From Eukaryota sp. TZLM1-RC (Eukaryota > Protista > Metamonada: BaSk clade), in contig JAUPSS010000004.1 in NCBI GenBank assembly GCA_040285825.1, positions 6,353,784 to 6,417,783 of the forward strand: a DNA stretch of 64,000 nt, given 5' to 3'. Of this stretch, positions 33,995 to 44,666 are shown in pieces; the first letter of the stretch is position 1; every line of letters begins with the position of its first letter. Below the pieces are notes generated by a model that was given only the letters and a program-made list of their open reading frames with translations, was not told where the DNA came from and made no database searches. Both the position numbers and the translations under genes were made by a program.

Positions 33995-35671
33995 CTATCC
34001 TTGTTGTTGAGCTTTCATTGACAAGCTTCTTCCTAAAGTTAACAGAATGATCATAAGGTAACAAACCAGCAGCTATAATTTCATCACACAACAATAATTG
34101 AGAAGAAATAACAGCAGATGAACGAATCATATTTCTTAAAACACAATAGTTGTCCCAAATTCCAAGTTCCTTTGGATCACAGGCTTCTCCAGAAAAGACA
34201 TCTAAACCAACAATGCCACCCTCTTCGGCTTCTTCTTGCAAGTTGATAATAGTCTCTTCAGCATCAAGACCAGAGTTTTGAGCAAGTGTTTTGGGGATAA
34301 TGAGTAGAGATTCAGCAAAAACTTCTACTCCTCTCTTTACTCTACCTTTAAGGGTTTTCTTAAAGTCATGTAACATGGCATTAGCAGCGATATGGAAAGA
34401 ACCAGCTCCAGGGATTAAACAACCATCATCCAATGCATTCTTGACAGCTCGTAGACCATCTCTGAGTGCTTCCTTTGTTTGAGCAATGGTGTGTTTGTTG
34501 GGACCTTTAATAAGTACAGTACAAGAGTCGGGGTTTGGTACATCCTCAATAAAAGTGTATTTTTCTTCCCCCAAAACTTCTTCGTAAATTAAACCAGCTT
34601 TACCAAGGCAATCAGCTGTCAAATCTTCCACAGAATGGACAGCAACACCGCCACACATTTTGGTTAAACGTTCCATGTTTCTCCTTTTTGCTCTACGAAG
34701 TGCAACAATACCTTCTTTAGCAAACATATCAAGTGACAGTGGATCAACACCCTTTTGGTTAATGACAATAAAACCTTCACCATTCTTGCAAACAGAACGC
34801 TTCAAGTCAATTACCCTGCGAACCTTTTCATCGGTAAAAGCACGTTCAGCAGCAACCAAGGCATCTCTTTGAGTTCCTGAGGAGTATACAAATCCTGAAT
34901 TCACTTCAGACTTCTCATACTCAAGAGAAAGGTTACAAGTAAGTACAAAAGCATTAGTCAACTTCTTTGGCATATCGGGATGTCTAGCACCATGATCCAA
35001 GACAAGACCCTTTACCAGCTTGGAATCAAAGTCTAAACGATGTTCCATGGTCATTATTTCAACCATATGAAGATCAGTGGGCTGGCCTTCTCTACGGATA
35101 GAGAGAACGGCATCGGTGATGATATCAGCAATCTTATCAGCCATTGATCCATAGAGTTTAGTTCTGAGTGAAGTACGAGCAACTGAGAGAAGGGTTTCAC
35201 GGGAATCGGGAAGGTTGATCTTGAATTCATCCAAGAACTGCAAAACAGCTTTGGATGCTCGCTCTATACCGTCGGTGAGGAGGCGTGGATGAACGTTTTC
35301 AGCCATGGAACGTTCGGCGATCTTCATAATTTCACCAATGAGTAAGATAGTTGAAGTTGTACCATCACCTGTGATGGAATCTTGGGCTGTAGCAGTTCGT
35401 GCAATCATTTGCGCGGTGGGAAGCTGAATCTCTAAGGTTAATTAACGGCTACAGCGGAGGGCATACGCATCTCATGAAGAAGGACCGCACCATCCTTTGT
35501 AAGTTTGATGTCACCAGCGCCAGATACAAGCATTTTAAGTGTTCCTCTTGGTCCTAAGTTGGTGTGAAGAATCTCAGAGAGACCGCGAGCAGCGGTGATG
35601 TTGAGTCCCAAGGCGCTTCCGCGCTTGACGACTTCTGAGTAAGGATTAAGAGCTTCAACTGCTGATGCCAT
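33995..35671 (-). CDS. CCT6: T-complex protein 1 subunit zeta (2 introns)
   Basis: [54 protein letters not shown]. Introns 35432-35466 and 34033-34066. Confidence 0.96.
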
Positions 35672-35707
35672 TTGATCAAGTAAGAAAAATAATTACTTAA
35701 CTTTGAA

Positions 35708-37036
35708 ATGCAACGTCTACTACTCCTTCTGCTAACAATTCTGGTGGTCTCGTGTGCTGATTTCAGTATCACTGAAATAGATCGAACAATTGATCTCCGA
35801 TCGTCTTTAGCACAAGTAATGTTGCATTTTGAAATTAAAAGCTCTTCAAAAGCATCCACTCACATCTCTTTGTGCGTACCTGAGCACGCTTCCATTGGTA
35901 CCATCACCGTAAACAAGGAGAATGCTCAGTTTGATTATACAGACCACAATGGTCAGCGGGCAGTGTCAATCGCAATCCGGTCAAAACTTTCTTCCTTCTC
36001 CATAGATGTCAGTTATGTCAGCCATATCAAAGACCTTGGCTCTCCTGTTCCAGAAGAAATCCAACAAGGGGGACAACAGTATATTCATCTATCTCTTCCC
36101 ACTAATGTTGTTCAACCTTATAAGGTCATTAAACAGACCACCACTATTCTTGCCTCTAGCTTTTATGAACTTGGTCAATTGACCTCCATTGACGTTTCAT
36201 CTGCCCGCATTACACTTTCTAACACTGCTCCTTCCTCCATATCTGCCCCTCTCTCCACTGTAGTTCTTGCCCCATATCCTATTGTTACTGCTTCTGCTCA
36301 TCGTAGATTCCGGATTGAACCATTTATTGGAGTCTTGGTCAAGGATAGCGTTGATCTCACCAACTCTGGATCTCTGCTCTCTGGTGGTTTCTCCCGTCTT
36401 GATTTAAGTAGAAGGCCTGGCGATGCATCCACTGCAATGACCACCATTGAGTACAAACTTGCACCTTTTGCTAACCCCAAAACGATTAGCTATAGGGATT
36501 ATATTGGAAACATTTCTACTTCTCAGTATGTCCAAGTTAATGAACAAGATTCAAGAGTGGCTTTGGCTCCAAGGTATCCTTTATTTGGAGGATGGAAGTT
36601 TGAATTTGGACTTGGTTACAGGTTGTTGGGTAAAGCTTACAACAACATGCTTTTAACTAAAGAAGCTCGTGTGGAATTAGTTCCATCAATCGAGGGGGTT
36701 TTCTTTGAAGATTTGACTGTTGAGCTTGTATTACCTCAATTCGCTACTGTCTCTGGCATTCATTCCACCGTTAATGGAGTTGATTGCGAATCTTCTGGTA
36801 AGGTTTGGTCTCATTTCGATTTGGTTGGTGGCCATGCTGTTGTATGTAAGCTTTCCAATGTCACTCCCTCTACATTTAAGGGTGATTTGGTTGTTAAGTT
36901 TTCTTATTCTTCAATCTTTATGTTGGCGAAACCTTTATATATCTTGGGGCTCGTAGTTTTCGGTATTGTTATTTATAGAGCGTGTATCTGGTTTGCTTCT
37001 TTGTTTTCAGTTAAAAGTAAAGTAAAGCAACAATAA
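35708..37036 (+). CDS. RPN1: ribophorin I / OST1 oligosaccharyltransferase subunit
   Basis: Signal peptide, FSRLD, YRDYIGNISTS, PRYPLFGGWK, C-terminal TM and KVKQQ (KxKxx) ER-retrieval motif. Confidence 0.92.
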   Translation: MQRLLLLLLTILVVSCADFSITEIDRTIDLRSSLAQVMLHFEIKSSSKASTHISLCVPEHASIGTITVNKENAQFDYTDHNGQRAVSIAIRSKLSSFSIDVSYVSHIKDLGSPVPEEIQQGGQQYIHLSLPTNVVQPYKVIKQTTTILASSFYELGQLTSIDVSSARITLSNTAPSSISAPLSTVVLAPYPIVTASAHRRFRIEPFIGVLVKDSVDLTNSGSLLSGGFSRLDLSRRPGDASTAMTTIEYKLAPFANPKTISYRDYIGNISTSQYVQVNEQDSRVALAPRYPLFGGWKFEFGLGYRLLGKAYNNMLLTKEARVELVPSIEGVFFEDLTVELVLPQFATVSGIHSTVNGVDCESSGKVWSHFDLVGGHAVVCKLSNVTPSTFKGDLVVKFSYSSIFMLAKPLYILGLVVFGIVIYRACIWFASLFSVKSKVKQQ

Positions 37037-37149
37037 ATTGTTTTCTTGGTGTTTTTATAATATGTTTGCTTACAAAACAATACTCACAAAGAACTAAAAT
37101 TCAAATAATATTATACAAGGCTAATCAATTCAAAAGTTAAATTAAACCA

Positions 37150-38376
37150 TTACCTATAAAAGGATTTTGGTCTACTCTTCATTGAAACAGCAGAACAATT
37201 TCCTATAGTGCTGGGAATCGTATAACTACCTGGTCCAACTTCGACTTTCTTTTCATTTCTTCCTCTGACACCCCCTTTTCCACAAATAGAATAGCTGGGG
37301 GTTGTTGTGTCAGAAAAGCTACTCTTTGGGGTATATGTACCAGGAGCTGGTGAAGAGTCAAATGACTTCCGTTGACTTTTTGACCCAAATGAGTAAGCAG
37401 GAGGAGATTTTGATTGGCATTTTGATTGAGGATTGTATGCACTTGGCCCAGGAGAACAATCTATAACATTAAATGTCCTTCGTCCTTTTAAAGTAGAACC
37501 TTTACATTTACCTTCAAAATCTGATTTAATACTATAATTACCAGGACCAGGGGTCTGAGAAGCCTGTTTCTCATTAATTAAAGGCTTTTTACTGGTCAAT
37601 GAATAAGCAGGTGCTCTAGACCGAACACCCTGAACAGACACATCGTACTGAGGGCCAGGTGTGACTTCACCACTAGTCTTGGGCGATGACGATCTTCCCT
37701 TGATTGAATAGGAAGGAGGGGAGGAGGCAGTGAAGTTGATAGAGGGAGAGTACAGTGTACCGGGAGAAGAAGTAGAAGAAGGCTTGGGTGTAGCTCTGGT
37801 AGACATTGAATACGCAGGGGAGGATGGGAGGGTGGCAGAGGAGTTGGGGGAGTAAGCGTCAGGAGCAGGGCCTTGATGTGTGGTGGAGAGAGAAGTTTTA
37901 GGTGCAATAGTGTAAGAACGACCAGTATCAGTGGAAACTTCACGAAGATTAATAATGTCGCCTGAATAAGACGATGTAGAGGACTGGGACTTTGGTTTAG
38001 CTCCAAGAGAATAGGCAGGAGATTGAGGGGATACCGCCCGTGTAGATGGTGTGTAGGTTCCTGGGTCAGCACTTACAGATGACTTTGAGATGGGATAGTT
38101 CCTTCCAGTCACAGAATAGCCTTTCTTTTGCTGAAAGTCTGATCCAAGGTTGTAGGATCCAACACCGGGAGTACTCTTTTTGAAGTGGGATGCTGATGGA
38201 GATCGGGACCGCAAAGAATAAGCTGATGAACGGGGTTTAAGGGCAGAAGCATCAGGGCTGTATGCTCCTGGGCCAACTGAGGAAATTTGAGATTGCTTAA
38301 GAGAGTGTCGACCCTTAATACTGTATGAAGGCGAACCCTTACCAGCTGGAGAACTTGTGTCGTATAAGCTCATCAA
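37150..38376 (-). CDS. SHIPPO/ODF3-like PG-rich repeat ciliary protein
   Basis: Repeated PGPGxY...SPAYS units. Confidence 0.88.
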   Translation of the reverse strand: MMSLYDTSSPAGKGSPSYSIKGRHSLKQSQISSVGPGAYSPDASALKPRSSAYSLRSRSPSASHFKKSTPGVGSYNLGSDFQQKKGYSVTGRNYPISKSSVSADPGTYTPSTRAVSPQSPAYSLGAKPKSQSSTSSYSGDIINLREVSTDTGRSYTIAPKTSLSTTHQGPAPDAYSPNSSATLPSSPAYSMSTRATPKPSSTSSPGTLYSPSINFTASSPPSYSIKGRSSSPKTSGEVTPGPQYDVSVQGVRSRAPAYSLTSKKPLINEKQASQTPGPGNYSIKSDFEGKCKGSTLKGRRTFNVIDCSPGPSAYNPQSKCQSKSPPAYSFGSKSQRKSFDSSPAPGTYTPKSSFSDTTTPSYSICGKGGVRGRNEKKVEVGPGSYTIPSTIGNCSAVSMKSRPKSFYR

Positions 38377-38544
38377 AGATTCAGCGCTTTTTCAAAGAAT
38401 TATTTATTTATCGAATAAGGAATAATAATCATCAAATACTCAACTAAAGCCCCACATCCTCAAAATCTGTCTCCGCTACATCGAAACAATTAATTACTAA
38501 AGATTCAGAAAATTTCCCAAAAGAAGAGAATGAATCTGAAATTA

Positions 38545-38920
38545 ATTTCATCGTTGCGTTAAAAATCAAATATACAATCCTGTTTTGCTAGTAAACACGA
38601 CTGAAAACTCCTCCAGTCCATTTCTATACAAATACATTAAAATCCTCACGGAAAGCCAAAGCAGCCTTACCTAAAGATCGAGCAAGGAAAAAACAAAGGG
38701 ACATAAATTATATTGGACATGAGAATTTTCATTGGCAGAACAAGGAAGTTTCGCGTATTTAGCAATTTTTTATTTTTCGCCAGCAATAAGAGGATTATCA
38801 ACATCTGAATTAATGAAGTGTTCGTTAGAAGAATTATAAAGGTCGATAGACATGGCTTCTGAAATACTAAATCTACCATTTAAGCCGGGAACAACTAGAT
38901 CACCTGTTTTCAGATCCATA
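38545..38920 (-). mobile_element. CRE-like LINE 3' fragment
   Basis: GDLVVPG...ENSHVQYNLCPFVFSLL...QNRIVF, similar to 13420-13810. Confidence 0.7.
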
Positions 38921-39119
38921 GATGCTCTGTTGTAGCGCGTACTATCAATATTGATAACATCGAGAATTAATTTGAGATAGCAAAGGCTCTAAAAAGGATT
39001 CTACTCGATATGATTTACACATTACACAAATTTGGTCCCTGAAATTATTATCTACTTTACTTTTAAATGTAATAAAATGTTTACAGTTCAAAAGATGAGT
39101 AAACAAAAGAATATAAAAA

Positions 39120-39726
39120 ACAGTATCTGATTGAAATAAGTTTACCTATGTTTCTAAATCTGATGAAGGGCCTGAGTATTCTGCACTTGTGTGTGGAAAC
39201 CTGCAGCGTGGTGCAAGAAAAAATCTTTCAACAAATATTGTTCTTATATCTTGTTGGAATAAATTAAAAAATATATAAAAAGAAGAAATAAGTTTGATGT
39301 TTTCATACGAAGGCAAAAAAGACTAACTAGTTTAATCATCAAAATAAAACGCTTGTCTGAAGGAAAAAAACTATAGTTTGGTTCGGCAATGCCAGCGGTG
39401 GTCCACCTCCTCAAGCAGTGAAATCTCCCAGAAAGAGATTTCTCGAAAAAATCCAAAAACACTTTGAAAACCTCCAAATGGGGGACGAGTGTATGACCTC
39501 AGCAAAAGTGAATTGCTGTAAGGTCATCCATAGAAAGATATATCATGATGACGGGAGGGTAAATAAGGATAAGTTCGATTGCCCTCGATGTCAGACCAAC
39601 TTGTCTAGCGACATCTCAGCCTCCAGAAATCAGCTGGAGATTGCAACCAGTGAGTATTTCACTGGTACTAGACCAGAACCATTCCGAAGACCAAGGCGCG
39701 TAAGACATCTAAGGAGACAGCAGTAG
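39120..39726 (+). pseudogene. Fanzor1-like (eukaryotic TnpB) nuclease C-terminal region, degenerate
   Basis: KFDVFIRRQKRL, a frameshift in the A7 run at 39364-39370, then TIVWFGNA..P.KRF, GDECMTS, CPRC and SDISASRNQLEIA..G.RPEPFRR. Confidence 0.7.
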
Positions 39727-39805
39727 CTATTTTCACCAACGTATTTCCAAGGTGTTTAGTGTATACTAACCCTTGGTGCTGAGAAGTTTACACCTGTGTT
39801 AGCGA
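39727..39805 (+). ncRNA. candidate omegaRNA scaffold downstream of the Fanzor-like ORF
   Basis: Hairpin CCAAGG-TGT-TTAGT-GTAT-ACTAA-C-CCTTGG at 39747-39776, then a weaker GCTGA..ACAC/GTGT..TTAGC stem. Position is typical of omegaRNA. Confidence 0.4.
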
Positions 39806-39840
39806 TTATTTATTCCATATCCATTTCAATTGATGTTAAA

Positions 39841-40668
39841 TTATACATTCCCCCCATTCTGACATTCATAAGAGTGTTTGTTCACTCTTCTGTCAATTCG
39901 AATGAGCAACATAGTAACTAACAGTGTAACAGAGGCCATATAGACAATGATTCTCCACGAAAGTTCCATTGGTATGTTGAACCCACTATTACTGAAAGCA
40001 TTAATTCCGGCATGCAAAAGAACAGCAAGTAACACACTACGAGACTCAGCAACTACAAGAGTGATAATCTGGGAATACATAATCGTAGACAACAGATAAA
40101 TACCGAAATGGTAATTATAGTGCGCAAAAACATCGATCAGAAACAAAGGTAGATGCCAAATGCCCCAAACAATACCAATGATGAAGCCAGTCAGGGCTAA
40201 ACTACACTTTGCTGCCAAAATATTTTGAAAAATGCCTCTCCAGCCAAGTTCTTCAGCTCCGCCTGCAAATATGGACACCGCAAACATGATTGGCAATGTA
40301 ATGACATCATCAACATCAAGGCTAGAACTGGTCAATTGAAAATGTTGCGCCAAATTGGCACCTGAGCCAACAACCAAAGGAGACAGTAATGTTATCACCC
40401 ACCAGATCCATTTGGTTTTGAATCGATATACAAAACACCAATAGTTCTGTGATTCTTCAGGTGAATAGAGTTTGTATACCACAATGATAGCAGCAACTGC
40501 TGGAGCAGCACCCCCAAGTATTCCCAAAAGACTTAGTGGAAACTCATACTTCAATGAAGTGTACTCCAGTGTCAAAGCAATGATCACGCTGGAGATGATC
40601 ATTAGAGAGAAAGTAATTGCGAGGAACCACGCAATTATTTGCTTGGTTTTAGCATTGTTTGGAATCAT
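39841..40668 (-). CDS. CPBP (Abi/CAAX type II) intramembrane metalloprotease, bacterial-like
   Basis: EELGWRG, WGIWHLP, HAGIN motifs and multiple TMs. Likely start MIPNNAK at 40668, because the ORF's apparent start at 40842 lies in the hAT element. Confidence 0.88.
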   Translation of the reverse strand: MIPNNAKTKQIIAWFLAITFSLMIISSVIIALTLEYTSLKYEFPLSLLGILGGAAPAVAAIIVVYKLYSPEESQNYWCFVYRFKTKWIWWVITLLSPLVVGSGANLAQHFQLTSSSLDVDDVITLPIMFAVSIFAGGAEELGWRGIFQNILAAKCSLALTGFIIGIVWGIWHLPLFLIDVFAHYNYHFGIYLLSTIMYSQIITLVVAESRSVLLAVLLHAGINAFSNSGFNIPMELSWRIIVYMASVTLLVTMLLIRIDRRVNKHSYECQNGGNV

Positions 40669-40733
40669 TATGAATGAAATGAAATGGTTTTTCTCTTGGT
40701 GGATTTTCTCATCGTTGTCTGAATCCCCAATAG

Positions 40734-41340
40734 CAGGACTTGGAAAAATTGAATTGTTAATCAATTTATTGCAATTATTTAATTGCAATAATCGACTAGG
40801 GTTTATTTTCTCAGAGGCAATTAATTGTCGTTTTGTTTGCATTAGTGTGTTTGTTGATCATTATGCAGAATTGCGTAAGCTACCAATCCAGAGTGATGCA
40901 CTCTCCCGACTTCGAATTGGCTGTTATTAAGGGTTTGGACAATGATGAAAGAAATTCATCTAGTAAAACTTCGTCAACAAGCCCGTTCTATCGATCAAAA
41001 TCGTTCCTTTATTGATCTGTTATTTATTGCATGTACTTCAGTCGAAGCAGAAATGCTCTTCAGTAGAGCCAAGTCTATGATTGGTCTAAATCGTCATAGT
41101 CGAGATGCAATAGTTTTTGCATTACAACTGGGAATTCACGAAAGAAGATATGTTGAGATCAGCAATTGCCAATGTTGACTTTGAGGTCGATTTGTAGATA
41201 TTTAGTTTTTAATCTTCAGGAACATATAAACAAAATAAATAATTGTAAAAAATTGCAACAATTGGCCAATAATTGCAATAATTGATTGGTCCCAGAAATG
41301 ACGACCCAATTAATTGGAAATTAAATTTTTTCAAGTTTTG
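40734..41340 (+). mobile_element. non-autonomous hAT element (607 bp)
   Basis: TIRs CAGGACTTGGAAAAATT / CAAAACTTGAAAAAATT. TSD CCCAATAG / CCCAACAG (7 of 8 match). Subterminal AATTGCAA repeats and a TSVEAEMLFSRAK hATC remnant. Confidence 0.82.
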
Positions 41341-41589
41341 CCCAACAGCAGTGATCAATGATTGTTGATTCAAAGAAATTGAATATTCTGTCTACTGCCC
41401 AGAAAAAACAGGCCTGTAAAAAGCCCTTTTATTTTTTTTTAAATAGAAACACTCAATTTGATTCAATTTTTATATGTCAAGGATTCCATCTCTGATTTAC
41501 TTTTTTGAAACAGTCGTTCACTCCAATGTTAGATCTAAGCTATTTGTGAAGACAATGTTCTGTTGCTGATCTTTTGATCTATGGAAAAA

Positions 41590-41800
41590 CACCATACTAA
41601 TAATTGATCAGTGGGAATTTTCAAGCATATTCTCTTTATTGCAACAAACGCTTCATTATTAGCACACAGACCAAATCTTCATGGCACAATGGTTACAAAC
41701 AGTTACGAAACTGATAACTGATTTTCACAAACACCTTTTTCCAACAACAATGAATGGAGATTTTGATTTAAAACGGACAAGCTGCTTTTACATACAAATT
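41590..41800 (-). mobile_element. CRE-like LINE internal fragment
   Basis: Similar to 43930-44110 (LNQNLHSLLLEKGVCENQ). Confidence 0.65.
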
Positions 41801-42198
41801 TATGTTTCAATACTGCAAACCACACCCAAATAATATCGACCTTAATGATTTTTATTCTACCCATCAAAAACAATTCCAAATCGATCATTGATCAAATTGG
41901 ATAAGCAACAATTTGCTAAAACAATGTTGGTATCATAAAAATAATTTACCAGCATCTGCAAGGTGAGGGTTTGATGTTTTGAGTTCAGTTAAGTGTATTG
42001 TTCTTCTACAAAAGGAAGGAGAAACTCTGCATGGTATGACATTGAGCTTTGTTAAAGTGTATCAAAACCTTTCCACCAAACACGATGCCAAAATACGTGA
42101 CCCAAGAGGTTAATCCTACCAGTGTCTCCTCAACAAACTTGTCTGGAGCCACATTTCACTGTCTCTTGGCGACGTTCTTGGCCCTCGATATTAAAATA

Positions 42199-42270
42199 GG
42201 CCTCCGCCGGGATTTGAACCCGGGACCTCTTACTCCCGGGGTAAGAATCCTACTACTAGACCACAGAGGC
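42199..42270 (-). tRNA. tRNA-Pro(CGG), atypical (A18, C33)
   Basis: GCCTCTG TG GTCT AGTAGTA GGAT T CTTAC CC-CGG-GA GTAAG AGGTC CCGGG TTCAAAT CCCGG CGGAGGC C. Full cloverleaf followed by a TATTTT Pol III terminator. Confidence 0.85.
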
Positions 42271-42519
42271 ACTGTTGTCAAATTTTAAATTTTTCATTGT
42301 TGAATAATACGTCTGGTTGCTTTGAAGAATTTCTGTTTTTGATATTTCTACTGATACGTATAATTTTCTCTTACCCGTGTGTCTTGAATGCAACGATGTT
42401 GACAAAATGCAGATCAGTCAGAAATCAAGCTCATGATGTCTTCCTTTAAGAAAAGACTCGAGATGCCCACCTAAAAAATCAACACAAATTGGAATCTAGA
42501 GTTGAATACTAACTTGTGA

Positions 42520-42975
42520 ACAATTAACACTGTTATTGAATAATTTTGGTTTTGATGACAGAGGTGATATATACTGTGATTTGATTGAGAACTCTGAAGC
42601 TGATGTTGACTTTGTCTCCTGTAATGTTGCAAATGGAATTGTGCTTCAAAGTAGAAAACTCATTGCTGTAGATGCAGTTGATTTTAAAGCTAAAGAAAAA
42701 CGTAGTAAATATAACAGAGATATTTAAGAACCTAATACTGATAGAAATAGATCACTTGTTTTTATTGCTTTCCCATTTTCTATATACTCAAGATTATCAG
42801 TAGAAGCAGGAACTTTTTTGAATGATGTCCAAAAAATGGTTCAATAGAACCACAATGAAAAGATTTGATTTTTTAAGGCGCTCTCGAATTCAATTTACCA
42901 TTATTGATAGATTGCCTCGAATTATTGAATGGTATAAGCTTTAGTGAGACAAAAGTAGATCAAGATTCTGTAAAA
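42520..42975 (+). mobile_element. CRE-like LINE 3' fragment (subfamily 2)
   Basis: DDRGDIYCDLIEN..VDFVSCNV RLE region, inverted relative to the 43320-44345 copy. Confidence 0.75.
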
Positions 42976-43319
42976 AAATTGTTGGTTTAATAAATTTCTT
43001 AGTTGAAGTTTACGTCATGAGGTCATGAATTGAGAATTTTGTAATGAGTTCATTTTCACATTTTCTGCCAATTAACCATAAATTTCTGCATTTGGGGAGT
43101 TTTCTCTCCAACCGAAACAACCTCGATTTTTATGATGTCATTTTTGATTATTGTTCTTATAAATCTATTTTCCATTTATTTATAATTTTATTCAATAAAG
43201 ATTTCTTATTTATTGAATTTGCACACTTAATTAAATTAACTCAATACTACTGCAAATACTACTGCGTCCCTTTTACTGGGACGACTATCATTGGATCAAG
43301 ATTTCCTCTACAAAATCTT

Positions 43320-44345
43320 GATCTGCTTGCTGTCTAGCTAAAGCTTCTCTTATTCGATTGAAAAACCGTGGTAATCTATTAATAATGGCAAATTGAATTC
43401 GAGAGCGCCTTAAAAGGATATCAAATCTTTTCATTGTTTTTTCTTGAACCATTTATTGGAAATCATTCAAAAAAATTCTGCTTCTACTGATAGTCTTCCG
43501 TTTATAGAAAATGGAAAAGCAATAATAACAAGTGGTCTATTTCTATTAGCATTAGCTTTTTCGATATCTTTATCATATTTTCTATGTTTTTCTTTAGCTT
43601 TAAATTCAAGCGATTCAGGATTAAGTTTTCTTCTTTGAACCAAAGTGTCATTTGAACATTATGGGAGACATAGGCAACAACAGCTTCAGCGTTCTCAATC
43701 CAATCACAGTATACATCACCTATGTCATCAGAACCAAAATTATTCAATGGTGGTGTTTCTGTCAGCAGAGGCTCTTTGATACACGAAAATCTTGCAGTTC
43801 GTGCCATGCTAAAAACAGTGTCTCTAACAGCATCCTGTAATGAAGACCGATAAGTTATCAATATTGAACAAATCAGTGCATGACGCAAAGTGAGCTGTGG
43901 TGAATTTGAACAAATACATTTTTCTATCAATAATAATTGATTAATGGGAATATTAAAATATAATTTCATTTTTGTTACAAACGCTTCATTATGAGCACAC
44001 ATTCCAAATCTTCGTGGTATCGTCACAAACAGGGAAGAATCTATGACTGATTTTCACAAACACTTTTTTCCAATAACAACGAATGAAGATCTTGATTTAA
44101 AACAGCCGAGCTGCATATATTATTATAAAGATCTTTTTCATACATTCCAGTCAATCGTTTCTGTAATGTTCGAAGAGTGTACTTCAAATTTAAAACATTT
44201 TTTTCTGGAATATTGCCATCGAATGATTGGGGAAAACATCGACCCCATTTTTCTACATCAATTTTTGAAATTTCTTCATTTAATGCGAAAACAGTGGAAC
44301 TTTGCGTTGTCATCAATAAATCTTCCCAATAATGATTATTAGATG
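43320..44345 (-). mobile_element. CRE-like LINE 3' half (subfamily 2)
   Basis: CICSNSPQLTLRHALIC..LQDAVRD..KEPLL..GDVYCDW knuckle and RLE. Confidence 0.8.
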
Positions 44346-44666
44346 AAGAAACAGTAATTTGCAAGGAGTGAACACTCCATGCACACTGATGCCATGACGT
44401 CATAACAAAATGGGTTTCAGTGTGATCTTCAACTATGATGAATTTCGTTTATTATCTTTTGTGTCAATGGTAAAGATCAATTGATTCGTCATATGCCGTC
44501 TCAAAAATGTCAGGGGCACGGTAAAATGGGGTTCCAACACCACGTGTGGTAAAAGGATTGTCATTAATGAAATTTGACCTTTCAATAAACAATTTTGTGA
44601 TGTTCTTTGGCACTTTACACTTTACACTTGTGAAGCCTATTCAACTTAACCAATACCTTATGCCAC

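Noticed and set aside
39159-39220. CTGATGA...GAAAC hammerhead-like core
   Set aside because: No convincing stem II closing pair or stems I/III, and the sequence reads as part of the Fanzor-like coding remnant
40669-40842. N-terminal extension of the CPBP ORF
   Set aside because: Begins inside the hAT element's subterminal repeats, so it is probably fortuitous
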